DNA of 64,000 nucleotides from Glaucostegus cemiculus (GCA_976551045.1 CDPCPM010000012.1:41354001-41418000); one strand, 5' to 3'; positions 11,860-24,190 are shown, numbered from the stretch's first letter. The notes: generated by a model not told the origin, from the letters alone. Translations and numbers: made by a program.

Positions 11860-12498
11860 TTCATATCATCTGCTGAATTCAGTCCTCCAAGTGTGGCCTC
11901 TACTACATCAGTGAGACCAAACACAGACTAGGTGATTGTTTTGCTGAACACCTGCGCTCTGTCTGTAACTACGACCTGCATCTTCCCACTGCCAGTAACT
12001 TCAACTCCCCCTCCCACACTATCACTGATATGACAGTCCCTGGCTTCCTCCACTGCCAGGAGAATTCCTAGCACAAACTAGAGGAACAGCACCTCCATTT
12101 CCTGTCTTGGAACCTTGCAGCCTAATGGCAGGAATATTGAATTCTCCCACTTTAGGTAATCCCTTCCCCAACCCCCCCCCCACTATACTGCTTCTCTTCT
12201 TTCCCTTTCCTAGCCTTTTACCCATCTCCTGGTAGATCTGCTCTGCCCTCTTTCTCCTGCATCTGCCTATCACCACTGCGCACACCCCACTTCCCCTCTT
12301 TTGTCCACCTATCACTGCTCTGCTTTTCCCTCAATGTTGGGCTTCCCCTTTTTTCCTCCTTCAATCCTGAAGAAGCATCCTGACCTGAAGCATTGACCAC
12401 CTGCTTTTCTCCACAGATGCTGCCTGGCCTGCTGAGTTCCTCCAGCTTCATAGTGTTTTTTATCTCAATGCCAGCATCTGGAGTCCTTTGTTTCTCTA
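11860..12498 (+). mobile_element. Penelope-like element: GIY-YIG C-terminus plus terminal repeat, inverted relative to 10940-11786
   Basis: Encodes YISETKHRLGDCFAEHLRSV...KLEEQHL. Terminal ctgaagaagcatcctgacctgaagcattgacc...cagatgctgcctggcctgctgagttcctccagc. Confidence 0.85.
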
Positions 12499-12989
12499 CA
12501 ATAAGTTTGGCACTTATTCAAGCTAGAATATTGAGGATAATGAATTACTCCTTGCTACGATACATTCAAGGCTGGAAAAGGCAATATATTTAAGTTACTA
12601 TGTTCTAAGAGCCAAGGGTGTGAATTGTATTTCTGCTTTCTGCCCTATGGTCAACCATGACTCTATGTGAGAGGAATTTTGAGTCATTTCTTATTGGTTA
12701 ATTTTTTTCCCTCATGGAGATTGCTGATGTTCTCCCACCTAAGATGAGCTTGGAAGGAAGAACGATAAATTGGTCATCTTTGCGTGTGGATTTAAAAAAA
12801 AACTTCTGATTGCAATTAGTCAATAAAAAATCTCTAAAACAAAACTAAAAACATATCAGCATCACATATTATCTGTTAAAGTGTGCTTATGTATTAATAA
12901 GTGCTTATTCAGTTTGAGATGAAGTTCAACTTATCGGCTAACTATCAAACTGTTTCTGTATTGATGTGAGTATGTACGTGCAGAAGGAG

Positions 12990-14645
12990 AGCTTGTCAGT
13001 GGAAGGGGACACAGTCCATTTATGATCCTGACTGCTTGTAGGGGAAAAGCTGTTCAGCATCTTACTAGATCTAGAGCAGATGCTCCTATACTACTTCCCC
13101 AATGGCAGCAAGGAAAACAAGTCATGAGAAGGGTGACGAAAGTCCTTAATAATGGCCGTAGCTCTGCGAACACAGCGTTGCTGATAAATCTCTCTCAAAA
13201 AGGGGAGAGGGGCACCGATGATCCTGCTAGCTGTCTTCACCATCCTATTGAGCTGCTGTTGTTCATAATCCTTGCAGCTACCAAACCAGGAGGTGAGGTT
13301 GTAGGTCAGGATGCTCTCGGTAGTGTCCCTGTAAAAAGTGATGAGGTGTGGAGTAGGGAGGGTTGCTTTTCTGAGTCTCTGGAGGGGGTAAAGCCGCTGC
13401 TGGGCTCTATTTATGGTGGCTGCAGTGTTAATAGTGGAGGTCAGATCATCCGCCAGGTGAACCCCTAGAACTTAATGTTGCTGACCCTCTCCACAGCAGC
13501 GCCATCAATAGTCAGTGGTGTATGTTCATGCTTGCCAGTCCTCCTGAAATCAATCACCACCTCCTTTGTTTTGTCCACACTGAGGGTGAGATCGTGGAAT
13601 CTGCACCACACTGTTAGCTGCTCCACCTCCATCCTATATGCAGACTTATCATTGTCACTGACGAGACCCACCACTATTGTGTCATCAGCAAACTTAATGA
13701 TATAGTTGGTACTGAATCTGGCAATGCAGTCGTGTGAGCAGGCTAAACAGTAAAGGGCTCAGGACACAGCCTTGAGGTGAGCCTGTGCTCATTGAGATGG
13801 TTCCTGATGTATGACTGCCAACTCTAACTATCTGCTGCCGCTATGTCAGGAAATTAAGGACCCAGTTGCAAATGCCAGTGTCCACCTTGAACAGACTCAG
13901 CTTTTCCACCAGCTGTTGTGGAATGATGGTGTTAAATGCTGAGCTGAAGTCAATGAAGAGGATCCTGGCCTATGTATTCTTCCCCTCCAGTTGTGACAGT
14001 ATGAGGTGGAGCAAAGTGGAGATTGCATCCTCTGGATCGATTGACTCTATATGCAAACTGTAGGCGGTCTAAGTTCGCAGGGAAACCGGTCTTGATATGC
14101 TGCATGACCAGTCACTCAAAGCATTTCATTATTATTGGTGTAAGGACTATAGGGCGGAAGTCATTTAGGCAGGCTGGGTTTGACTTTTTAGGGACAGGAA
14201 TAATAATGGCACTTTTGAAGCAGGTGGGCACTACTGCCTGGCTGAGCGAGATATTAAAGATGTCTGCAAGGACATCATTCAGCTGCTCTGCACAATCCTT
14301 TAAAACTCGTCCAGGAATGTTGTCCAGCTCTCCAGCTTTACATGGATTGACGCTGGCGAAAGCCTTTTTCACTCCAGCTGAAGTATCTGGTCTCTTGATG
14401 ATGGTGGAAGCATCTGTGCCTGAACGGTGTTATTTGCCTCAAAATTTGCATAAAACACATTGTTTATCTAATAAAGAGGGGTCATTTTGACATATCCGCA
14501 GGGGGTGGAGTGGGAGGGCGGGGAAGTTTGTAGTTGGTGATTGTTTGAAATCCCTGCCACAGACTGTGTGTCTTTGTTTGTGAAGTGACTGTTAAGTTTC
14601 TGTCCATACAGCCTCTTCACCTCCCTTATCCACTGGGACAACTTC
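12990..14645 (-). mobile_element. Rex1/Babar LINE reverse transcriptase, frameshifted
   Basis: ORF 14112..14372 ([25 protein letters not shown]...[18 protein letters not shown]), FADDT motif at ~13680-13694 and ORF 13465..13674 (YRMEVEQLTVWC...KTKEVVIDFRR). Confidence 0.92.
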
Positions 14646-14674
14646 CCTGCCTCTATCTTAGAAATTATGAAAGG

Positions 14675-15635
14675 GATAGATATGTTTCTAAGATAGCCTC
14701 TCATTCTTCTGAATTCTACTGAATATTGACCCAGGTGACTCAATCTCTCTTCAAAGGCTTACCCCCTCATCCCAGGAATCAACTCAGTGAACCTCCTCTG
14801 AACGACCTCCAAAGCCATTGTACCTTTCCTCAAGTAAGGAGACCAGAACTGCACGCAATACTCTAGGTGCAGCCTCACCAGTACCCTGTACAATTGCAGC
14901 ATAACCTCTCTGCTCTTGAATTCAATTCCTTCAGCAATGAAGGCCAGCTTTCTATTTGCCTTCTTGATAACATGTGCACCTGCAAACCAATCTTCTATGA
15001 TTCGTGCACCAGCACACCCAAGACCCTCTCCATAGTGACATGCTGCAATCTTTCACCATTTAAGTAATAATCTGATCTTCTATTTTTCCTTCCAAAGTGG
15101 ATGACATCGCATTTACCAACATTGTACTCTATTTGCCAGACCCTTGCCCACTCACCTAATCTATCTATATCTCTGCAGGCTCTCCGCATCCTCTGCACAA
15201 TTTGCTTTTCCACCCAATTTAGTGTCATCAGCAAACTTGTATGCTATGCTTTATCCCCTCTTCCAAATCATTAATCTATATCATGAACAATTGGGGGCCT
15301 GGCATCTAGCCCTGTAGCACTATACTCACCACAGATTTGCCAACCAGAGAAACACCCATTTATCCTAACTGTCCGCCTTCTATTGGTTAACCAACCCTCC
15401 ATTCATGTTAATACCTTACTCCAACTCTATGTATCCTTATTTTTTTGGATCAGTCCTTTTATGTGGCACCTTATTGAATGCTCTCTGGAAATCCAAGCAT
15501 ACAACATCTACCTGTTCCCCTCGATCCTCTGTACTCATTATATCCTCAAAGAATTCCAGTAAATGCGTCATATGGGACTAATCCTCCCTGAATCCATGCT
15601 GTGTCTCCCTGACGGAACCACTTCTATCCAGATTG
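14675..15635 (-). mobile_element. CR1 ORF2 RT fragment
   Basis: ORF 14995..15234 (DIDRLGEWARVWQIEYNVGKCDVIHFG) and FADDTKLG at ~15215-15238. Confidence 0.9.
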
Positions 15636-16504
15636 CTTCCAAGCTTTTTTCCAACAACAAACTAAGATTCCTTGAAGGTAAGATTCATTCAACTTGACCC
15701 TAGATTTGCTACAATCTTCACCCTAGTCAGCAGATAAAGCTTGGTCTTAAATGCAAAGTAATCCGCCAATGGAGGTGACTTGAACCAACTTTTTGCCGCC
15801 TTGGTTTTCATGAGTTGAGAAGCTGTCTGCATTATTTGTCGTAAAATACTCTTGCTCCCTGCTCTACATGGATTTAACTAACTGTTCCTTTACCATTTCC
15901 AGCTGAACTGAATCTGGCTTTAGCTCAACAAAATTTTATAAAGCACTTTCCCTTCAGAGCATTTAGAGTGCAGTGTGCCTTGTATCCATTTGGCTGCAAA
16001 TCCTTGTGTAGAAGAATCTTAAGTGAAATCTCCTTGCCATATTGCTCCTGGATTAATCTTGACGTATAACTTTGGTCGTGTATCAGTGGTGTTGCTTTCA
16101 AAGCTGAATGTCTTAAAACAGTAGCACTAAAAGGATCTAATGTACCTCGTATGACCCTAAAAACCCCATCTCTGCAGTAAGCGCTCCTCTTCATGAAAAT
16201 GGAACTCACTGTACTCGAGTTACAAACTTCTTTATGAGAGCAAAGACTTTTCACTTACTCAGTCATTATCAATCAAAATGAATTGGGGGTTGGAAAGAAA
16301 AGACTGCTATTTATATGTTCCCATTGACAATGAACTGCAAAGTGCTTTGGCTGTTCTGTGAAATATTTTTGTGTGTTGCCTCTAGTCATTAAGTCTAGGA
16401 AAGGGTTTGTGCTTTGGCAATTGACATCTGCTTTTGAAAATAATATTTTTGCATGCTTTACAAGTTAATGCATTCATTTCAAAGACAGAGTGGCATCCAT
16501 CTTA

Positions 16505-16700
16505 TGCTTTCAACAACAACAGGACATCCCAGAGGGAATTTCATCTAACAGTGCATTTGTAAAATGTGCCACTGTTGTAATGTTCAAAAAAGAAGCAACA
16601 GGAAATTTTGTTCAGAGCAAGCTCCAACAATATTGTAATGAACTGATGATTATTTTTTTAAAATGGATTTTTGAAGGTCCAATATCAGGGCACCAAACCC
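16505..16700 (-). mobile_element. Ancient DeuSINE (SacSINE1/AmnSINE1-like) relic
   Basis: tgtgccactgttgtaatgttcaaaaaagaagcaacaggaaattttgttcagagcaagctccaacaatattgtaatga resembles the reverse complement of the Deu-domain as I recall it. Preceded by a caacaacaac tail-like repeat. Confidence 0.55.
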
Positions 16701-17029
16701 TTGTGATAATAGAATCTTTGAATCTGCCTGACCTGAGTTTCTTCACTGCTTTCTGTTTGGCTTTTTAAATAACAAAGAACAGCCTTCTTACAAACAACCC
16801 TTCTATCAGTATTATTCTCTCGGTAATTTGCTTCTCTAAGTTTGTGTAATGAAGTACTTTATTGAACAAGAAGAATTTTAGATGCATGCATATCTTCTCT
16901 GCTGTATGCCATTTATAAGCAGAGCAGAATCTTTCTCCATAGTGACAGACGTTCTAAATATTCACCCCAAACTTTATCACAAAAATACAGTGCATTTGAT
17001 CATGTGCTACAATCCTTAGAGTTATCAAT

Positions 17030-17179
17030 TTTTAAATTTTATTTCCAGCGTGGTAACAGGCCCTTTTGGCCCAACTAGTCTGCGCTGCCCATTCTAAACC
17101 CCCAAATTAACCTACCCGTACGTCTTTAGAATGTGGGAGGAAACCAGTGTCACGCTAACCGCTATGCTATCGTGCCGCC
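17030..17179 (-). mobile_element. Internally deleted V-SINE with CR1-like tail
   Basis: Minus-strand head ggcggcacgatagcatagcggttagcgtgacac joined directly to ggtttcctcccacattct, with terminal hairpin gggccaaaagggcctgt. Confidence 0.75.
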
Positions 17180-17919
17180 AATATTATGCAGCCAATGTTA
17201 TGAGCCCCATTTGACACAAACTTTTAAGTTGATCAAAACCAAATGAGATGACACCCCTAATGTCATGAAGTTCTCTTCTTGAAAAGAGGACATGGGAATT
17301 GTATATACACAGTGCACTGCTCTGATTCTGTTGTATCTTAAAGTCAAAAAGAATGGTAGAGGCAGAGTTTGTACTTCAAGTTTGTATTTCCTTCATGCCT
17401 CCCAAGTGCATGTGTCTCTGCAAACAGCCCCCAAAGAAATTGGGAATACTGTCAAAGAACAAAATACTGAAAAGTAGAAAAATCCTGCAAAACTACCCTT
17501 AGCCCTGCTGTCTTGGTAGAGACATCAATTATATCCATTCAATACATATCTCCCCCCTCTCCCATATTCAGCTACATTGCTTGTGTCTGTGAAAAGGATG
17601 GGTAAATTGTCAAAATGTTCTGTTTTAGTAAGCAACTCAATGAATATGCTGGGGGTAGTGGGGGTGGGGGGCAGAATGAATGAAGGTATCCATAACATTG
17701 AAAGGGATGTATCGTTGTGCACTTTTATTTCCGGTCTAGTTCATGTAAAACCATATTTCATTTTAAAACAAAATTACATGTGAATTTCTGTCCCTGATTT
17801 TTTTTTTAATTGCTGGAGGGGATCCTCTGAGTGTCAAGTCGTGTAGCAATTTTGCAAGTTTAGGCTTGGGATAATTCATTGTCACATGTTGACAAATCGG
17901 GTACCAATCACAGCAACAA

Positions 17920-18095
17920 AAGAAACAAACTGCTGGTGGGACTCAATGGGTTGAGCAGCAGCTGAGGTTGGGGGGGGGGGGGGGGGGTGGGAAGATGGTG
18001 GAGGGGAAGGGAAGAAATTGTCAGCATTTTGGGTCAAGATGTACTAGTTTGCTTTTTGCTTCAAATTCCAGCATCTGCAGTCTTGTGTGTCTCTA
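17920..18095. mobile_element. Short PLE-terminus relic with inverted ends and an 18-nt G run
   Basis: aaactgctggtgggactcaatgggttgagcagca...cagcattttgggtcaaga, then ttccagcatctgcagtcttgtgtgtctc, both matching PLE termini elsewhere in the window. Confidence 0.6.
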
Positions 18096-19239
18096 GGGAC
18101 AAATCACTGCTTGGCCAACAGATGGGGAATAAAGTGGTAAAAGGTTCATTGGAAATGTAAAAGTAATTCTTTTGCATGCTTTACTGAGAGTCTTCTGGCC
18201 CACCAATCTGTTCCCGGCCTGTTGTAGAAGCCATCACTGCTTAGCACCTTCCCCCACCACCCTAGTTCCAACAGTGAAAGTTGGTCTAGAAAATTGGTTT
18301 GGATAATGCAAAGTGTATTGGAACTTGTGTTAAAGCAGAATGAATCAATGATACTTGTGTTTTCGCATGTTTGGCACCGGTTGCTAAATCTAGTCCACGT
18401 TTTCCAGCCAGGTTTTTGTGTTTGCCCAACACTGGAAGAAATGTATTTGGCAGTCTTTGAAGCTAACATTAGTGTAACATCCATAGTTGGTCAGATTCTT
18501 AACCACATTGGTCTGAACAAGACAGATGATCACATTTATGCATGGTGAAGGCTCAGAAGCAATGACAGCCAATCAGATTAAACCCTAGAGGGCTTGAAAA
18601 GTAGCCTCATAGGCTACAGATACAGCCTCTACAGGTAAGCACCTGTACAAATGAGTGACTTTGTGCTAAGGTGCAATTAAATCGTACCAGGCAGCTGTTG
18701 TGGACAGTCTGCTCCTTCTGGAGTCTGAGGCTCAATTGTCCCAGCACCAACTGGGTCCAGCCCTTTCTCTGCAAGAGACATTTCCCTGGTCTCCTGAAGT
18801 GGCTGCTATGCCAGCTGTCTGCCCCAGGTGACCTTTTCCTGTAATGGAGAACAATATTATATTTCATCAACTATGCCGCTTAACTACAACAAGAAAGCTT
18901 GCACCTGCAGCATTCCTCAAGTATTGATTTCTACATGTGTTTAAAGTGAACATTTATTATTTGTGTCAGGGAAATGAGCTCATGCTAAAGCTAATAACCT
19001 GGGATTGGCTGCCACTATTTGACATGTTTACAGGAACAAAGATTTTTCAATAAAGGCTGAAATCACTTATGACTATCCAAGATTAAGAGTGTCTGATTAC
19101 AAGTTCTGGCCACATTTACGATGCAGCTAGGGGGAGAGATTTCATCATGTAGGAATCTAATGATCTCCTAATCTGCCGTAACAAAGCCATAAATACTTGC
19201 TTCATTTATATACATCAGAGTACATGTATAGCAGAGATC

Positions 19240-19610
19240 TGCATTAGTTATGGGGAGAGATTAGATGGCTTGGTTTAAGGTTGGCCTGGATTTAAGGAGG
19301 CTGAGGGGTGATGCAATAGAGTGACGCAAACTTATAAGAGGCACAAATAGGATAGATGGTCAGAATCTTTTCCCCTTTGGAAGGGGAATCAAAGAAGAGA
19401 GCATGGGTTTAAGGTGAGAGGAAGGAATTCTGAAGGGGATTAGAGGGGAAAACTACTTTCAACAATTCTGTGTATATCTGGAACTTGTCAGAAACAATAA
19501 CTAGGTTTAAGACATTTAGACAGGCACATAAATATGCAAGGCATAGATGGATACAGACCTAAAGCAGACAAATGGGATTAGTGGATTGTGCTGTTTAACT
19601 CTATGACTTT
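19240..19610 (+). mobile_element. CR1 LINE 3' end, decayed
   Basis: agttatggggagagattagat...aggaggctgaggggtgat...catgggtttaaggtgagagga...ctctatgact tail. Confidence 0.8.
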
Positions 19611-19864
19611 GTTGGCATGGACGTATATAAAGTTGTGGTTGATATAAAGCTCAATAATAAGGCACTGTCACCTTGTGTGTGGGATTGTGTTAGAAGAATT
19701 GACGTGGATATTCAACAGTGCAGCAATGAATAAGCCTTTGGTTCTAATGAGGTTTACATATGGCCAAGTGCACCTCAGTGATGGATTGTGGTATGTACAT
19801 TGTCTACATCTGTCTGATGTATAGATTTACTATCAAAGCTACATACATGGACACTGCTCGGGTA

Positions 19865-19990
19865 GTCCTGATGCAGAATCACAGCTTGAAATGTTAACCA
19901 TCCCTCTGCTTCCACAGATGCTGCCTAACCTGATTTTTCTTCCAGCAGTTTTTTTTTGCTCTAGATTCTAGCATCCACAATCTCTTGGCT
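19865..19990 (+). mobile_element. PLE terminal fragment
   Basis: cctgatgcag...tgaaatgttaacc...tccacagatgctgcctaacctg...agattctagcatc. Confidence 0.65.
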
Positions 19991-21129
19991 TTCTTGAAAA
20001 CAAACCACCTTGGTCATGGGTGCACTCCTTTCTGTTGAAGACATCTATACCAATCAGTGGACTTAGCAGAAAACCAACAAGTCACATGAGAGCCGAAGGT
20101 GGGGAAACTTTCAGGTCACGTGGGAGGATGGGCCATAAGCACCATGGGAGAGATGCTGCCTCAAAGTCCATTCAAGACTGCTCAGGAAGCATTGCACAAA
20201 GCTGGAAATCCTTGACATTAGCAGCTGTAACAGAAGATAGCCCCTATTAGCTTTGGAGCCAAAGTGATGAGGGCTATGGCAGGTGAGTTGGACTGGGTTG
20301 AGTTACCTGGCTACAGGTAATCATTTCTCTGGACTTTGAGGAGATCCAGAAGCCATTCTCACTGCAGGGACCACTGGTCCCTTATGAGCCAACCACAGGT
20401 CAGCTGGTTGGAATATGCCAAGAAGTCTCCTCCATCTAGCAGATACTTGCAAGTAAGGGTTATGGGCTGCAGTTTGAATAAGCAGGAGGTAGGAAATAAT
20501 GGATAAAGTTAAATTATCTAAAGAAAAGAAAATATAAACTTGCGGAGAGGAGTGGCATCAATAAGTGCAAGGCTTAGTTCAGAAAATACAGCAGACAAAG
20601 TGTCATTGGAAGAGGAAAAGCCTTCACTTGGCAACAAGCTCGAGCTAACTAAATCGTCAGGGGAAGCTATAAGGTTCACAAAGACAGGTAGTTGATCTTT
20701 GCAACATACTGGAGAAGTCAGCAGCTAAATGGGACATAAAACAGAAGGTTCCGGATAAGTTTCCAGCAATGTTGGGTATTAATGCTTCTCACTGCTGAGA
20801 AGGAGTTTCAAGCTACCAGCTGGGAAGAAGCTGAAGGGGCAGGCAGAGAAGTCAACCCAGAGAGTCTGCCAAATGATATTTGTTCCAATACACTGATGGT
20901 GCCTGACCATGAGGAAATCTTCAAGAATACAACAAACATGAGAATTTGTCTCTGTGCTGGGCATATCAAACCAGAGAACGAAGTGCCTGCAGAGCCAGTG
21001 TTGGGATTGAGACAAGGTTGAGATGTGAAATGCTACTGATTTTATTCATATTGTGAGCAACATAATTACAATGTAACCACACAACAAGATAATTAATTGT
21101 ACAATTTTATGTGAGTAGTTAATTGTCTA

Positions 21130-23265
21130 AAACATTGAACATAGAACAGTACAGCACAGGAACAGAGCTTTCAGCCCACAATATTGTGCTGAACTTTTTA
21201 AATTAGTTTAGTTGGGCATTTGATGACTAATCCCTTCTGCCTACACAATGTCCATATCCCTCTATTTCCTGCACACTCATCTGGTATTAGACATTTCAAC
21301 CCTGAGAGAAAGATACTGGCTGTCTCCTCAATCCATGCCTTTCATAATCTTTTAAACCTCCTATCAGATTTCCCCTCAGCCTCTGCCACTCCAGAGAAAA
21401 CAATCCAAGTTTGTCCAACCTTTAGAAGCACATACCTTATCCAGGCAGCATCCTGGTCAACCTCCTCTGCACCCTCTCCAAAGCCTTCATTCTCTTCCTG
21501 TAATGGGGCAACAAGAAATGAATGCAATACTCCAGATGCAGCCTAACTGGAGCTTTTTTTTTATAAAGCTACAACATAACTTTTCAACTCTTAAACTCGG
21601 TCCCTCAACTAATAAGGGCAAGCATGTGTAGTTACTTTCAGGGATCAACTACAATCTGTATAGTTACTTTCAGAGGGATCTCTGCACATCAACACTGTTA
21701 AGGGTCTTGCCATTACTGTCCCTTTACATTTGATCTACCAAAGTGCAACACTTCACATTTGGCTGGGTAAATTTCCATCTCCCATTTTTCTACCCATATC
21801 TGCAAATGATCAGAATCCTGCTGTATCCTTTGGCAATCTTCTACACTATCCACAACAACAACACCCTATTTTATTTGGAAACTTACTAACCCACCCATGT
21901 ACATTTTCATCCAGATCATATTTGTATTAAAATATACATATCACAAACAGTAGGGGTCTCTGTACAGATCCCTGCAGAACGCCACTAATCACAAATCTCC
22001 AGCCAGAATAAGTCCCATTGACCACTTGCCCTTGGTCTTCTATGGGCAAGCTAGTTCTGAATCCAAATGATCAATTCACTATGGATCCCATGTATCTTTT
22101 CTGGATGAGTCTCCCATGAGGGATCTTGTCATATGCCTTACTAAAATTCATGTAGATAACAACCACAGCACTACTTTCATCAATCGCCTTCATCACCTCA
22201 AGAAACTCAATCAAGTTAGTAAGACACTGCCCTAGACAAAGCCATGCTGACTGTCCACAATTAGGCCATTGTTTTGCAAATGCTTATGAATCACATCCCT
22301 AAGAATCCTCTCCAGTAGCTTCCCTACCACTGATGTGAGATTCGCCAGTCGATAGTTTCCCACGATTATCCCTATTTCCCTTCTTGAATAATGGAACAAC
22401 ATTAGTTACTCGTCAGTGCTCTGGGACCTCACCTGTGATGAGAGAGGACATGAAGATATTGGTCAAGGCCCCAGCAATCTCATCTCTTGATTGAGATTGA
22501 TGAGATTGCTGGGGCCAATCGATGGGATTGGGGTGTATCCCATCAGGCTGTGGGAACATCCACCTTAATGTTCTTTAAGAGACCCAATACTACCTCATTT
22601 TATCTCAAAATGCCCTAGAATAATAGCATACTCCACACTGATCTCCCTGTCCTCCTCCTCATCGTGTAGTGGTTAGCATAACATATTACAGTGCTAGTGA
22701 CCCGTGTTCAATTCTGGCCACTGTCTGTAAGGAGTTTGTATGTTCTCCCTGTGTCTGCGTAGGTTTCCTCCCACATTCCAAAGACGTACGGGTTAGGAAG
22801 TTGTTGGCATGCTACGTTGGCACTAGAAGCATGGCAACACTTGCAGGCTGTCCCCAGAACACACTACTCAAAATGGTGCATTTCACTGTGTATTTCAATG
22901 TATATGTGACTGATAAAGATATCTTATGTTATCTTACTGATGCAAAGTACTGAGTTAGGATCTGACCCACATCCTCTGCCTCCAAGCACATGTTCCCTCC
23001 TCTACCCTTGAATGGTGCTACCTGCTCCCTAGTTTCCTCTTGCTCTTGATGTATGTATAGAATGCCTTGGGATTCTCTTTAATCCTACGCGCCATGGACT
23101 TTTCATGGCCCCTTCTGGTTCTCCTTTTCTGGCTTCTTTATAATCCTCAAGGGCTTTATTTGATTTTTAGCTTGCTAAACCTTGCATACGCTTCCTTTTT
23201 CTTCTTGAATAAATTCACCACCTCTCTCGTCATCCAAGGTTCCCTTAGCTTGCCATCCTTGTCCT
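21130..23265 (-). mobile_element. CR1 LINE ORF2 (RT region), decayed, interrupted by a SINE at 22662-22936
   Basis: Tail aacattgaacatagaacagtacagcacagg at 21130. RT motifs continue on the minus strand up to the PWMTREVVNL-like motif at ~23210-23240. Confidence 0.88.
22662..22936 (+). mobile_element. tRNA-derived V-SINE with Rex1-like tail
   Basis: Head gtgtagtggttagcataac...gttcaattctggcc and tail tttcactgtgtatttcaatgtatatgtgactgataaagatatcttatgttatctta. Same family as 37015 and 48955. Confidence 0.85.
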
Positions 23266-23607
23266 TGTACAAGGAGAGGCTGGATAGGATGTTTTACTCT
23301 GGAACCTGGGCAGCTGAGGGGTGACGGTATAACGTTATATGAAAGCATGAGGAGCATACATAAGATGAATAGCTACAGTCTTTTCACCAGGGTAGGGGAG
23401 TCCAAAACTAAAGGGCATAGGCTTAAAGTGAAGGGGGAAAGACTTTAAAGGGACCTGGGGGATAACTTTTTCCATACTTAAGGTGGTGCGTACATGGAAC
23501 AAGCTGCCAGAGGAAGTGGTAGATTACAATATTTAAAGCCCATTTGGACAGGTGCATAGGAAAGATTTGGAGCAATACAATCCATACTGTATAAGTCTAT
23601 GACTTTG
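23266..23607 (+). mobile_element. CR1 LINE 3' end
   Basis: YKERLDR...ggggagtccaaaactaaagggcataggcttaaagtgaaggggg...ctatgact tail. Confidence 0.8.
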
Positions 23608-23624
23608 TGGTTCACTGCTGAACC

Positions 23625-24190
23625 TTCCCCCATTGTTGGAGATATTTTATGGACCAACATCTACTGTAATCCTACTGACTCCTACAGCTACCTTAACCTC
23701 AATAGCAATTCCAAGAAGGAATACATTCCAGTCTTCTGACTCCTCCATCTCTAACCCAGTGGTTCTCATGATGCCACCTTCCATGCCAGTTTTTCCTCAA
23801 CCAAGGATTTCACACCACATGTTTGTTGGCAGACCCAAGTTGTGCATGTCTCACTTTTCATGAGCCCCTCCCAGCACCATAACAGGGCTTCCCTTGCCCC
23901 ACTTTCAGCCTACCAGCCTCCACATTCAACAGGTCATTCTCTACCTTTTCTGGCAGCCATACTGTGAGGCCAACATCACACACACCTTCCTCCACTCTCC
24001 TGTCGAGATTCCAAGAGTATCATTTCCTTCAGCAAAATCTTGGTTCGTTCTCAGTCACAAGTGACTTGTCCTCATGTTGCCATAATGCCTTCCTGCCCTT
24101 TACAACAGCCGCCCTTTAACCTTGTCCTTTCTTTCCATTCAGGGTCACAACAAATGAAACATCGATTCATTTGCACTTCTTTCAACTGAG
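23625..24190 (+). mobile_element. Decayed Penelope-like RT/endonuclease region
   Basis: accaacatctactgtaatcctactgactcctacagctacctt translates TNIYCNPTDSYSYL (PLE RT YYKPTD motif region). Later PLE-like segments end in gattcatttgcacttctttcaac. Confidence 0.6.

Noticed and set aside
13022-14490. Plus-strand ORFs of 148 aa (13022..13468) and 155 aa (14023..14490)
   Set aside because: They are antisense shadows of the minus-strand Rex1 RT.
17970-17987. Homopolymer runs G18 (17970-17987), C20 (25796-25815) and C17 (48747-48763) as G-quadruplex elements
   Set aside because: All lie within TE relics and look like slippage expansions. Homopolymer lengths are also error-prone in assemblies.
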